Shown in pieces: positions 1 to 13,750 of a stretch of 64,000 nucleotides of DNA (positions are counted from its first letter, which is position 1; each line of letters opens with the position of its first letter). The stretch is from Nageia nagi (taxonomy: Eukaryota; Plantae; Pinophyta): assembly GCA_050084985.1 (NCBI GenBank), contig JBITNC010000001.1, forward strand, positions 112,468,001-112,532,000. The letters are read 5' to 3'. Made by a program: the position numbers and the translations under genes. A model generated the notes under the pieces. The model saw nothing but the letters and a program-made list of their open reading frames with translations, had not been told where the DNA came from and did not search any database.

Positions 1-1700
1 TGATTTTTAGGTTGAGTTCTCTTTTTTAGGATTTTAGGGTGGGCGAACATGCATGCTCATCAAATATTTATCTACAATCTCCCAAACTAAATTATTTTTT
101 TCAAGAGCAATAGGTCTGTGATGAAATTTTCATGCTATGCCTCATTTAAATTTTTTTTACTTATTTTATCATATATAGATATAAATATAGATATACAATA
201 GGATTCGAGTAAGGGAAGTACTGATGATCAATTTTTCATGTTGATTTCAAGTTAATTTGATGAGATTTTAGGATTTCATTAGTTGTAATATCTATTATTT
301 TTTAAGTTTCCTATTATGTTAGGAACAAAAGTTATTTTGATTTTGAATATTATTTTTGTATTAAATATTTTATATGAATTTATAACATATTAAATATAAA
401 TATTATAAATAATAAAGAAACTATAAATATTAAAGGTTCAATGTTCACAAATGGAATTAATTTAGATAAATTTATAGTGTGATTTTCAAGGTCTAGTTAA
501 TTTTTGAATATGTAAGTTATATATTTATTTTTTATAATTTTATATTAAAGATTATTTCATTTTACTATATTTTATATTTTTCTACATTTAAAACATTACA
601 TTTAGTGTAATTTGTTTTTGAGGGAGCCTAATCTTAACGTAATTTATTATAGGAATTTCCTTGTGATCATCAATGAGGTAAAATTTTAATTATTTCTTCA
701 ATATAATTATAATAAAGACATACTTGAAATGTAGCCAAATCATAATATGTTAGAATAACCATCTATACATTTAAAATTTTAACTTCTTATAGAAGAGTCA
801 AAGCTTGAACTATTATGCTATCAATATTGGGGACATATGGTGCAATCTTGAGCATTAAATAATTGCATATAATTAATTCATTTATTAAAAATTTTCATTT
901 GTAAAATTAGGCTAATTATAATACTAAATTCATTTTAGTAAGGCATTTCATAAAACTTAACTATCTTCAAAATAATTTTGATTTCTTTTGATTTATTTTT
1001 ATTAGTGATTGAAACCTTTAATTGTAAATCTCTAAACTACCATTGATTAATAGGAAAATAATTCATTCATTCAAAACTTATTAGAAGAAGTATTAGCTTA
1101 AATAAAGGATATTAATAATGGAAAAAAAGACTAAAATGGAAGAAGGATTATATATGGATAAATAAAAAATTAAGAATACAAGAGCAAAATCTAAACTTTT
1201 AATATTAATATTTATAACTTTTACACATCCACATCATCATCATCCCATACTACCCTTAGTTTTTGAATAAGTATTTCCCTATCTACATCTTTCATAATGT
1301 AAACATACTTCAATTACTATAGAAATATTAAAATACACAATAGAAATGTTTATTTCTATTACCAATTCTTTGCAACCATTTATCCCCATAATTATCCTTA
1401 TAAACCTATAACCAAAAATGCTAAAAATTTTTTTGATAACAAGTGTAAATTATATGATCAAAAGGTATAGGTTCTTATCTAGATCTTAAAAACCTAGTCA
1501 CAAAAATGGTTTCCAAAGGAGGAAACCACTACCCAACTATACCTAGTGGTAGCAACAAATAAAGAGAAACAATAGCAAGATGTAGCCAAAAGAACACTTC
1601 TATACAACTAAAAAATATAAATACCAACTAAAATATGAATAGTGGATACAGTCCACTACATATTCTACTATAACTAAACCAAGAATGGTAATATTACATC
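1..1700 (-). repeat. Duplicated upstream region of the type-B 2OGD gene (paralogous to 33224-34870)
   Basis: Position 1 (tgatttttaggttga...) aligns colinearly with 33224 onward, which begins about 85 bp upstream of the type-B 2OGD ATG at 33140. Confidence 0.85.
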
Positions 1701-2039
1701 CAAATAAGTCAAACAATTTTTGTCATAGTATTTTATTTCTTTCATGGGCTCTAAATGACCTTCATTGCCTATTTTATTTTCTTGTTTCTTTATTTTATTT
1801 TTGAAACATAAATAATCTCATTATGCAAATGAGAATGAATATTATATTTATTTTACATAAAACTTAGATATAACTTTTGAATTAGGAAGAAATTCAAATT
1901 CATGTGAGATAAGTATAAGAGATCTTTATACCTTATCATTATAAACCTTAATATTAAATAATTTCATTCAAAACATTTTTAAAGTATTCCAAAGTTGGAG
2001 CAAAATTGTAATTTAATTCATGCAAAAAAGGAGCCATCA

Positions 2040-4000
2040 AGAAAAAGGGGAACTATAAATGTATACCTAAACCACTAAAAACTTTGACCACTATGGTCGT
2101 AAGGGTGAATCTTGATTATATTGTTATAAAGAAATTAGAGATAAGAATCATTGAAAATGTGGATAGACTTACCATTCTCAAGGAGATTTTGGATAATTTA
2201 AGGGATAAGTAAAAGAATACTTTTATTAGATGCTCCATTGCACTAATGTCATACATAGATCATATTCATCATTTCATTAGTAGACATTAGAAATTATCTT
2301 AATAAGTTGATATGGTATCTTTGCTTCATGAATTTTTATTATTTATTTTCACAAATGCATAAGACACGAACAAGGTAATGGAATTGGTCCCTCCATATCT
2401 TGGTCAAAAGGAGCTACTTTAAAAACATTGGCATACTAGTTTTTACATAAATAAGGATAACATTTATGTGGTTCTTCTATGGGTAAATTTACATATTTTA
2501 CCATCATATTATTGGTATATGAGTATGATTTTTTAAATTACTAATATCATAGGATTATTGGTATCAATTGAAGAAACTCACATGAATTGAGAATAGAATG
2601 AAGGAAGCTAAGTTTTATGTTAACACTAGTATTACAAAGGAATTAAGATCAACTATCTATGTTGAAGAGGAATATGGAGAAACTTGGGAATAAGAAATAC
2701 TTTATGAATATATTCCTATTAAATGTAGCATTTGTATAAAATTTAATTTTTATTCTAAGGAATGTTTGGATAAGAAGGAGAAAGAGAAGAAAGAAGTTTT
2801 TGGGTCATAGGAAGAGTGGAATACCCATGTGCAAAGGAATCAAGGATTCCAGATAAATGATTAATTTCAAACTAAGATAGGTGGAAAAATTTTAAAAGAT
2901 TTGACCACTTATGAAACTAGGAACCTATTTAATTCTCTAATTCCAAATAAAGTTATTAACATAGCTAAACTTAGAGAGTAAGAGAGTTTCCATTGGCATA
3001 TACATATATAAAAGTAGTAATTAGTGATGAAGAAATGGAGGATGCCAAAAGTAGGAAGTGGCAAAGAAGTGAAGTATAAAATTAAAAAAAAAATAAGAAG
3101 ATACATCAAGATAGGTCATCAAGAGTGATCAAGAAATAGAAAAAGGTCGAGAAATGGAGGTCGATAATGGAAATAAACTTATCACAAGAAGATATTTTGA
3201 TAATACATTAAGGAAAATAGAAGATACACATAAAGGAAATATGGGATAAACATCAAATTATGAAGTAACTATATAAAATATGATTGAAAATATTGGCAAT
3301 AAAACATAATGTACTTTGTAATAGAGTAGTGGTCATAAGGTCCCAAGTGGTTCTCAATGATTATTTCTAGTTAGAATATATGAGGATGTAATACCTAAAA
3401 TAGGTAGAGGACCATCAAGTACCTCTATGGAGAAGTTCATCTAGATTTGCTACTTATGTTAGAGATAAAGATGAAGAAGGATAAGGTTACAAAAGTGTAA
3501 AATAAAGTTTAGAGAGGAGTAAATTTTTCCTAAAGAGAATGAGATGGCCTATCAATGGACCTATTTAGGTTATGAAAACCAACTACTATAAAACATACTC
3601 CCCATTGTAATATATCTAATAGATGTGTTTCAAACATAGTAAAATAATTAGTTGCAATTTTGAGTTTGTGATAATCAATATTTATATCTACAATGAACCT
3701 TTTGAAGGGAGAATATTATTAGAAAATGTAATTATATATAAGCTAGTTTAATCATCTCTCAAGGTTAATTATGAAGGACTTCAAATGAACTACAACTTAT
3801 AGATATAAGTGTGATTGGGAATACTTTTACTTGGTCCAATAATCAATTTGATGAAATTTCTATTCAATATTGATTAAATGGGTATTTATGCTCTCTAATT
3901 GGATAACTCAATTTATGAAATATCACATGTGTTCCAAACCTAAGACTAACTTAGACTATATACTAATCATAATACTTGGAATGATGGTTAGCTTTTCTTC
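2040..4000 (+). mobile_element. Decayed L1-type LINE: ORF1 remnant (DUF4283-like region plus zinc knuckle) and start of the ORF2 endonuclease
   Basis: Interrupted translation gives WVNL..LP and ETW.EI.YEYIPIKCSIC in ORF1, and FTWSNNQ...CSLIG/SNW at 3826-3902, typical of an APE endonuclease. Many stops and frameshifts. Confidence 0.75.
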
Positions 4001-6349
4001 CTAATAATTACCGTATTTTATTATTACATATAATATCAAATATAATAAATAAATCATTTGTATACTCTTTGGATAATGATCTCTATATAATGAAGGGATA
4101 CTTATCTTCACTTATGCAATCTTATTTTCACATTCGCTCCAAGGCTCCCATGAGTGAATGGTCATAAGTGCTAGGAATGATTCATGAGCATATGAGGATC
4201 AAGAGAACTCTTCTTTTTGGACCTCAATAAATTATATGTAATAACTTAAACCATTCATTTAATCAAATTTGACACTGCACTTACTTAGATTTTGTGGTCT
4301 CAAGAGGCTTTATGCCTTTGTTGAGTATACCTCCCTTGTTCAAACATAGAATGGATCTTATCAAAAGTATTCAATAACTTCTAGTATAAAAACTCCAAGT
4401 GGATTCCATCATTTTTAACCTACCTTTAAAGTTATGAATGTACTATTTGATAACTTTGAATTTTAACATTTACCTTTCAAGTAAAATTCATCATCTCTAA
4501 ATTAATGCATAATTCAATAGTTTGATAGTTTAGCATACACTTACCAAATTTATTCCACCATCTCTTATAAATTTATTAGTACACACAAGGTAGTAATGTT
4601 GTGTCTATATATATATATTATTTTTTTCCAAAAATTCAAAGACCTCTAAGATGGATTAGTAGGGAAAATTACTAATACATTATATAGAAATGTTAATGGA
4701 ACCTAGAATGGTAGGCGGTATTGTATGGTGTAAATCGAGACTCTAATACCTTTGCCTAAGTCTCTCTCCATTGTATGATATGAAGGAAACTTAGCAAAGG
4801 TAAATTCAAACCCTAAAACATATGCCAATGTTCTTTCAATGGGTGCTATAATGGGAATTTAAGAAGAAGATGATTTAAAGGGTTATTGGAAATGGTTTAA
4901 CATTGAAGTAGACTTTGTAACCTTGCTAGAATTATTCTAGATTAATTTATGATGTGAATTACAATGTAGATGTTGGGTGTAAAACCAAAACTATTTCCTT
5001 CATTCCATCAGCATGTGTCTTAATGGGAGTCTAAAAGATGATGTGAGTACTGTAGAACCAAAATCTATGATCTTTCCTAGAATTATTCCTACTTGGGTTA
5101 CATTGGGGAATTTAGATGGAGGCATAAACAACATCATTATCAAGTGTATAGTCAAACATTTCAACCTTTGCCATCATCCCTTTGACATGTATGTTGATCG
5201 GAAACTCTAAATCAGAAATTGTAGTTAGATAGAGAGTCAACCTCTATGACCTATGTAAGTATTTCTCTAGTATGTGCTACACTAGGAACTCTAGAAGAGG
5301 ATGTGGATAATATCCTCCTATTATGCCATGCTGGAAACTATTGAGATAAAAGGTGCTATGGTATTATTCCAAAATATGCCATGATAGGAGTTCTTAAGGA
5401 AAATAGAAATTACTTTAACCCTATGGCCTTACAATAAAAAATAATAAAAAACTATTACAATCATACTAAGTTAACATCCTAAGGTATGAAGTCAAAATAC
5501 TCTCATCTCCCTAGTGCTAGTGTTATGCCTAGTATTACCAATACAAAAAAATATATTTCTTCTAGGTCTAACTTAAGTTGATCATCCCAGGTTTAGTCTT
5601 AAGTCATTCCCATAATTTACATATTGATTCAAGGACAAGAACATGTCATATCAATCATGAGATGATCCTAGATGATGCTAACATCTCTTTCCACTATCTA
5701 TTGAAATACTAAGATCCTTTATTCCTTATTATTTTCATTTTAAGTTAAAAGATGAAATCCTTTTAATGAAAATTTATATGACACCCATGATCTTCATATG
5801 ATGCAATATTTTTAATATTATAGTACATTTTTATTGAATAAGAAATCAATGTACGAGACTTGTATGAAAATTGATATTAGAAATTATATTTTAAAATGTT
5901 TAACATTTAAAAAGGCTAAATTTAAAAAATTGTATATTGAAATATCTTAATTTATTGATTATTCCAAATTTAAAGTGTTATTTGTTAAATATGGGTTTCA
6001 AATATGTCGAAGGGTATGATATTATTATAATTTTTGTAAACCATTTAATTAATATGATATACTTGAGTTGTTCAAGATTCAAAATAAGTATCATTGATAT
6101 TACATATATTTTCATGAAGTTGTTTGGTTGTATAGCATGGTTAGGACAATCAACCTATGAAAAGTAAAGGTAAAGTTAAAAGTAAAGGTAAACTAGCTAT
6201 TAAAACCTCGTGCAATGGCTATGCCATAGATTAATAAGTATGCTTTTTGATTTTAAGTGTTATTTTTTATTAAAATAGATAACATAATCCAAATAGTTAA
6301 TTAATATGTATTTAATTAATAAATAAATAAGTTACCAACAAGATGTTCA

Positions 6350-7150
6350 AAAATTCAATTACCATGGAAACAAATTATGTAATTTGGAAGAAGTTGAGTT
6401 GGAATCTTTATCTTGGACATCATTTTCTCTTACCCAAACTCAATCTTTTCATCCTCAACAATTTCCCCTCCTAATTTTCATCTTCAAAAATGTTTATGGT
6501 AGTTTAGCATGAGAGATTACTCTTGCACCAGAATTGTCAATGTTTTGGAGTCATGGAGTGGCCTAACAATAGTGTTATCTTTAAAATGCACACAACTAGA
6601 AATAGATTCAAAGATATCTTAAAAAAAGAAAATAGAAACTAGAAATAAAAAATATTGAGAGAATGAGGTACCCCTTCTAGTAGTATTTTACTCTTCAATA
6701 CAAGGCAATTTAGCAAGTACATGGAAGGAGAAATGGAAGTTGAGATTAGAAATGGTAAGAGAAAATTTAAATAGTTGATGTAGAAGTGGTGTGACACAAT
6801 GGTTAATATATTGATGGTGATGGATAGAAGAGTACCATGTTGGCAAGGGTACTTTTTGAACCTCATTGATTTTACTATATGTGTAGAAGTGGATGCCATC
6901 ACATTGTTCTACAACTTAATTAATAAGATAAGCTATGTGTCATCTTAGCAAATTTGTAATTACATGTTTTGAGGTTCTAATACCCAAAAAGTGATTGATA
7001 GTAGTATTCATCATGGTTTAAAATTAACAAACCTACACTACATGTAGTACTTTTGCATTGCTCACTCCCTTCATTAATCCTAATTAAACCAAGAGTAAAA
7101 TACACATCAAAGTTATTCTATTATCTTTATGTCAAAGTACCTTGTTACTT
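6350..7150 (-). pseudogene. Relic of an unidentified multi-exon gene or DNA-transposon gene (copies at 19620-20445, 39760-40580, 54540-55340)
   Basis: Minus-strand GT donor sites at about 6671, 7032 and 7140 with short T-rich introns. Exon remnants encode acidic (FEDEEEEG..EDEEIEL) and S/T/P-rich stretches. Family not recognised. Confidence 0.35.
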
Positions 7151-7389
7151 ATATTCCCACTAAAATAATTGATTATTAGCTGAATGTTCTCTATTTACTT
7201 CAAATATTTCTCCTTTAATTTTTATGATTTGCATTTTTCCTTCTCCAACTCTTTACTCTAAAATAATAGATGATTCCTAAAAAAATATTGATAAACAACA
7301 ACATTGTACATGCATACACATATTTAGTAATAGTAATTTTTTGAAAAATGAAATAATAGAATGATGAAATTAGTACACATTAATTTACG

Positions 7390-8760
7390 TCACAAATAAA
7401 TCCCCTAACTACATTCTCCATGTTAGAAATGAAGATATCAATTTGCATCCCTCGTAGCAATGTTCCTTAAAATAGTCCTAGGGATAATCATGGTTGCAGA
7501 ACTATAGTCATCACATAGTCAATGATTCTTTATAACTTTAGTAACATTTCCAACAATATACTTAATAACAAAAACATGAATACTGTATCAACTTCAATCT
7601 AAATACCATATCATTTAATACAGGCATTATATTTGGAAATATAATCTGCTACCTTCATCTTACTCGATTATTTTTCAATTTTTTCATATATATTTTGTGT
7701 TAAATATATCTCCTATAACAAAATCATGGATACTCTATTAATTTCAATCTAAATACATCCAAGAGTCTTCTTATTTCCTCTATCTTTCATCAATGTACTT
7801 ACTCAGAACATCATCCTTGCTACACAACTTAACAAAAATATTTCAGAGAAAATATGATGGAGTATATTTAGTCTCCATTAAAAATAATTGTTACCATGTA
7901 ATCCCTACCCTTACATTCATAACTTGTGTACACATACCAAGAAGACTTTATTGCACACCCAATTTGGTACGTCTAAATAGTGAAAGGTGATCAATAATAC
8001 ATGCATAATAATTAGCCTAGGAATATTTATAATAAGATTTGGTACAATAACCATCTACTAATCCTTCTTGGGTATTTGCAAGTACAACACATAAACATGT
8101 TATGCTATTTACATGACTATTTGCAACCAATCTTTGAGGGATTTCTACATCTTCTTCTAGAATTCCCATCAAAGTGTACGTTGGAAGTATATGGCAAAGG
8201 TTGGGAGGTTGGGATTTACTCTTGAAAATTGTACCTACCAAAAATTCTCTCACATTATACATATTTTTTGATTTCTATGTGTTGTGAGGCTATAACTATT
8301 ACATGCATCTCATCAAATAACTCTCATGCATTCTCTATGTTTCACATATTGTATACACTTCTACTAGTGTACTCAAGATTATAACATCTAATCTTATTTT
8401 AAGTATCCTTTAGAGTGGGCTTTGATGGTGTTGGTAAAGGTGGACAAGAGATTCTCTAAAAACCCAAATGTAATGCTAACTATCTACATTACTAGTAAAG
8501 TAACCATCCTCAGTCCCCACATAAATCTAACAGACACATGATGTAATAAATTGATGCTCCAAAGAATTTACATCATAAGAAATGGTACAAAATTGATTAA
8601 CAATATTTGATTCAACATTCTGCATTCTTTCTCTCTAAAGAAAATATCTACAATATAAATATAACTCTCCCATATGCATAACCAACTATCATTATCAAAT
8701 ATAACTAGTTTGTATTCCAAAAGAATGTTCACACATATACAAAGGAACCCTAAACATATA
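7390..8760 (-). pseudogene. PLS-class pentatricopeptide repeat E/E+/DYW pseudogene, copy 1
   Basis: PPR motifs (LVEVYT.CE..NA.ELFDEMH; ILPTYTLMGILEEDVEI; NSITCLCVV...GLVDG in ORF 8017-8262), an E domain (LMKDRGNKKTLGCI.IE) and a degenerate DYW tail (RNIATRDAN...). Many stops. Confidence 0.8.
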
Positions 8761-10899
8761 CCTTTTGTATAAGAAATTAAATATTAGTATGCTAAAATTA
8801 ATTTAACAACTTACATGCATACAAAAAAATGAAAAGGTTATAACTAAAAAGTAAGAGACCAGTAATACATAATTATATTGAAGAAATCTTATGTAAATTT
8901 TTTATTTAATACAAACATAAGAAATATAATCCAATGTATGCAAGTGCTTTTGAAGTAAACACATGTATACTTTGAATTTTTGTGATAAACTAATAGCCAT
9001 TTCTTTTTAGCATAAACTTACTGTGTCCACAACTTATAAGAAACTTGTGGACTTGTACCTAGCAAGGAGCTAAAGCAAAATATGAATACATCATGGTAAG
9101 TAGAGCAAGAGGAGAGACTATGGTATCAATATTTAAGAAGTTTTATTAGGACATATGAAATAATTACAAACTAATATTTTCCCTTACCTCTCTCATTATT
9201 TGGAAATTTTGGTTGATTCTTTACTCCAATTTTGATCCATCTAGTGGTTCCATTGTATTTCTATTAGGGAGTTACATTTATAGAATGTTGGCCATTCTAT
9301 TTTATTAACAACAACTCTATAAGGTAGAGAAAAGGGGGTTGAAGTTATATGACCACACTAAAGAAACTACTCATCTTAAAGCTAGAATGTAAGATTAATA
9401 ACCTAGGAATATACATCAAATGCTTCCTAAGAAATATACAATATATATTGAACTGGAACTATTCCAATCCCAAATTAGACATTGAAGTGTTACTTATGTG
9501 TTCCTGATATAAATGATAGTGATAGATTACAACAATATTTATAAGAGATAAGAAATGCCTAGAAGACCCAAAAAGTTGGTAGTTTAGGATTTGGGCTTGA
9601 TAAAGGTCATGTGAATCCAAGCCCCCTATTTCATAAAATATGATGTGCATACTCTATATTAAGATATGCTAGGAAGACCACCCTACCAAGTGTAGTGAAA
9701 GTGCCCTACCTAGTCCATCAGCCTTGTGATCACCCATTTACCTCACCTAGGTAAGTATACTTTCATGCTTCTCCTTCCCTACCATTTATCATCTCTCTTG
9801 TTTCCCTCTCCCTCAGTGCTCCTAGATGTGGGATCATCATGCAACCTTATGTTCAAGGTAAGTATGCAAAAATAATTCATAACTACCCAGGAGAATCTTC
9901 AATGGTGCCACACCATTTAAGCACATATTGTCTTTACAATATGATAGCTTTAACAAAAATTTTACTACATACCATACTTTCCTTTTATAATATAGAAAGA
10001 AAACCTTTATTGTATTATAATATATAATTTTTTTCTATTAATTTAAATAAATAATTAAAAACAAAATGGTATACATATTTTGATTATGTTTACAAAATTT
10101 TAGATATAATTTAGATGTTAAAAAAATTGTGAACAAAATTAATTCATTATATTTATATATTTAATAATATTGTTAAATGTATATTTCTATTTGTATTTAT
10201 GTGCAATCATATTGTTATATGTATATTTAATAATATCTATATTTAACTTGAAATAGTTAATATGAAAATTATAGTTAACTATCTACTTTAATATTTTTTT
10301 TGTAAAAATCTAATAATACTTTATCATATTAATAATATTTCTATATTATAATAATTTATTATTGATTACAAGTATTATTTTTATTTTTCTTTATGCATAT
10401 CTCACAACTCATATCATGGGAAAATGATGAAAATTAAGAAATCTCATGTAATTAACATAGTTACTACCTCCTCGAATTTATATATTCATCAAAGTATTGA
10501 TATTTATTTCATATATCTCACATAATAACAAGGTTGTCATTATTTAATTGCTAATATCCCTCCATACAATGCTATTCTCAAGGGTGTAAATGAATGATGG
10601 ATGTTCTATTATAATATGAAAAGATTTGAATACATTTTAATACATTAACCATAGTCATCCTATTTTTATATTGTCATATTAATAATCTTGTTTATTATGC
10701 TAGTATATTGTAATATGTTTTTTTTCATAATAATCTATCTTCTATACTATATAGCTAACATTATTGTCATACATTATGCTTTTATATCTTAATTATAATT
10801 CAAAATATATTACAAACCATATTTATAAATATAGATATGGAGTTTAAACATAATAAATATAAAAATTTATTATCAGGAGAAATTACCAAATGCAATTAG

Positions 10900-11575
10900 T
10901 GAAAATAAATAGTTATTGTAAATATAATCTTCTTGTAATTATAAGTCATTAATTATGTGTTTGCACGTATAGGAATTGTAATATAATAAAATATTATTTT
11001 TATTCTTCACAAGAAAGGATATTAGATTCAATCAAATAAAAGTTAAAGTAAATGATAAGACAAATGTTGAACTAAAAAAAAAAATCAACATAAGAAATAT
11101 TAAAATTTGAAAGGAGAATATTATATTTAACCCAATAAAAAATATTATATACAATAATTACAAATGAAATTAAAGATTAATATACTATTATTCAGTAAAA
11201 AGAGTTCATATCTATTTCAAACTATGATATTAACCTATCACTTTTTAAAAGATCATATTTATAAATAATAACACATGTTATTATGGTTAATTATTTTTAA
11301 TACTATTTAATTCATTAAATATTTGTTACAAACATTTTATATTAGATAATATGTCTTATTTATCAATTAAATTATTAGTTAAAAGATATAGTACGATAAT
11401 ATGCAATATTAGTATAATGATAGCACACATGGCCATGTAAAACAAAAAAATGATAAAAAATAAATCCAAAGGATAAAATCTATTTCATGGTTGTCTTGCT
11501 ATCTAGCAAATTCTCAATCATTGATTTGAAAATATGAGCTTACAAATCTCAAAGGAGGATGCTTACGACATTAAA
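10900..11575 (-). repeat. Copy of the type-A 2OGD 3' flank with no gene attached
   Basis: Aligns to 24940-25600 and 44580-45090, then jumps at about 11578 to sequence equivalent to about position 1695. Confidence 0.8.
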
Positions 11576-12149
11576 TTATATCCATATAAGTCAAACAATT
11601 TTTTTCATAATATTTTATTTCTTTCATGGGCTCTACATGACCTTGGTAGCCTATTTTATTTCCTTGTTTATTTATTTTAATTTTTAAAAACAAATAATCT
11701 CATTCTAATAATAAATTCTTTTCTCACAAACACCTATTCAAACTCAAGCTAACTACATACAACTAGTTGAACTATGCATATAACCTAAAATAACAAGTAT
11801 ATTTTTATACAAGAAATGAAAGATATGCAAATGAAAATCAATATTATATTTATTTTATATAAAATTTATTTTATTTTGTATAGTGTTCATATTTTAAAGC
11901 ATCATATCCCTTTTACTTAAATAATTCAAAAATTCTAAACTTTTGAATTAGAAACAACTTTAAATTCATGTAAGATAACTAGAAGAGATCTTTATAAAAT
12001 ATCGTGCAAGTTGGAATCTTTAATGAGTTAAAAAATTTAGGTGAGATAACATCAAATTAATGTGAAATTCATGTGAGATATGAAATTAGATTTATAATAT
12101 AAGTTGGACCAAAATTTTAATTAAATTCATGCAAAAAAGTAGCCATAAT

Positions 12150-13750
12150 GAAAAACATGAGCTAAAAGCTATACTTAAACCACTAAAAACTTGGACCACT
12201 ATGGTCATGAGGGTGAATCTTGATGACATTGTTATAAAAGAAGTTGGAGATAAAAACAATTGAGAATGTGTTAAGGCTTACCATTCTCAAGGAGATTTTG
12301 TATAATTTAAGGGATAAGTAAATGAATATTTTATTCGAATGCTTCATTGTAAATATCAAACATAGATCGTATTCGTCACTAAATTAGTAAACATTGGAAA
12401 GTATCTTGATAAGTTGATATGGTTGGTTTACCTCATGATTTTTTTGTCTTTATTTTTACAAATTCATAAGACATAAAAAAAGTTATGAAGTTGGGCCCTT
12501 CATTTTTGGGTTAGAAGGAGCTAGTTTTTAAAATGTTGGCATACTAGTTTCTATGTTAAGAAGGATAATATTAATGGTGTTCTTGTATGGGTCAATTTAC
12601 CTAATTTACCATAATATTTTTTAAATATGAGTATAATTGTTGGAATTATTAATATAGTAGGATTGTTGTTCTCAATTAAATTAGTCACAAGAATTGAGAA
12701 TAGAATGAAGGAAGTTGAGTTGTATGTGAACACTTATAGTACAAAAGAGTTAAGGTAAAATATTTATGTTAAGGAGGAAGATGGAAATACTTGGGAACAA
12801 GAAATAATTTAAGAATATATGCCTATTAGTTCTAGAATACATAAAAAATTTGATTATTATGCCATGGAATATTTGGATAAGAAGGAGAAAGAGAAGATGG
12901 AAGTCCCTGAGTCATACAAAGAGTGGAATATCCATGTGCAAAGGAATCAAGGATTCTAGAGAAATGATTAAGTTCAAAGAAAGAGAGGTGGAGGAAATTT
13001 TATAAGGTTGACAACTTATGATACTAGGAACCTATTTAATTCTTTGAATCCATATGAAGGTGTTAAAATAGGTAAAATTATAGAGTAAGAGATTTTCCAT
13101 TGGTAATTATAGATAGAAAAGTAATAATCAGTGATGAAGAAATGAAGGAAGCCAAAAGTAGAAAGTGAAAAAGAAGTGAAGTAGAAAATACAAACAATAA
13201 GAGATAGATCAAGAAAGGTCATCAAGAGATGATGAAGAAATAGGAGTAGAATAAGAAATGGAGGTTGATGATGGAAAGACACCTCCCATAAGAAGATATT
13301 TTGATAATACAATGAAGAAGACAAAAGATATAGGTAAAAGAAATATGGGGAGGATTTCAAATTATGAAGTAAGAATATAGAATACAATTAAGGATATTAC
13401 CAATCAAACATAATGCACTATAGAGTATAGTATTGGTTGTAAGATCCCATGTGGTACTCAATGATTATTCTTAGTTAGGATATATGAGGATGTGATACCC
13501 AAAATAAGTAGAGGATAATCAAGTGCCCCTAAAGGGAATTTCTTATAGATTTTTTATTTATGTAGGAGACAAAGATAGAGAAGGATAAGGTGGTAGAAAT
13601 GGAAAAGAATTCTAAAAGGGCAGTATATTTTTTCTAGAAAGAATAAGATGGCCTATCAATGGGTCTATTTAGATTATGAAACCCAACTACTATAAAAGGT
13701 ATTCCCTATCCTAACACATCTAATAGATATCTTCATACACATAGTAAAAT
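12150..13750 (+). mobile_element. Decayed LINE ORF1 remnant, copy 2
   Basis: Colinear with 2040-3640; VLVWVNLPNLP encoded at about 12578-12611. Confidence 0.75.

Noticed and set aside
7793-7990. Plus-strand ORFs 7793, 56680 and 57296
   Set aside because: Antisense to the PPR-DYW pseudogene and not conserved in frame across copies.
13016-13387. Recurrent hydrophobic minus-strand ORFs (2909, 13016, 36305, 50834, 50869, 61394) as a small membrane-protein family
   Set aside because: They are the antisense reading of purine-rich LINE ORF1 sequence, and their frames, starts and stops differ between copies.
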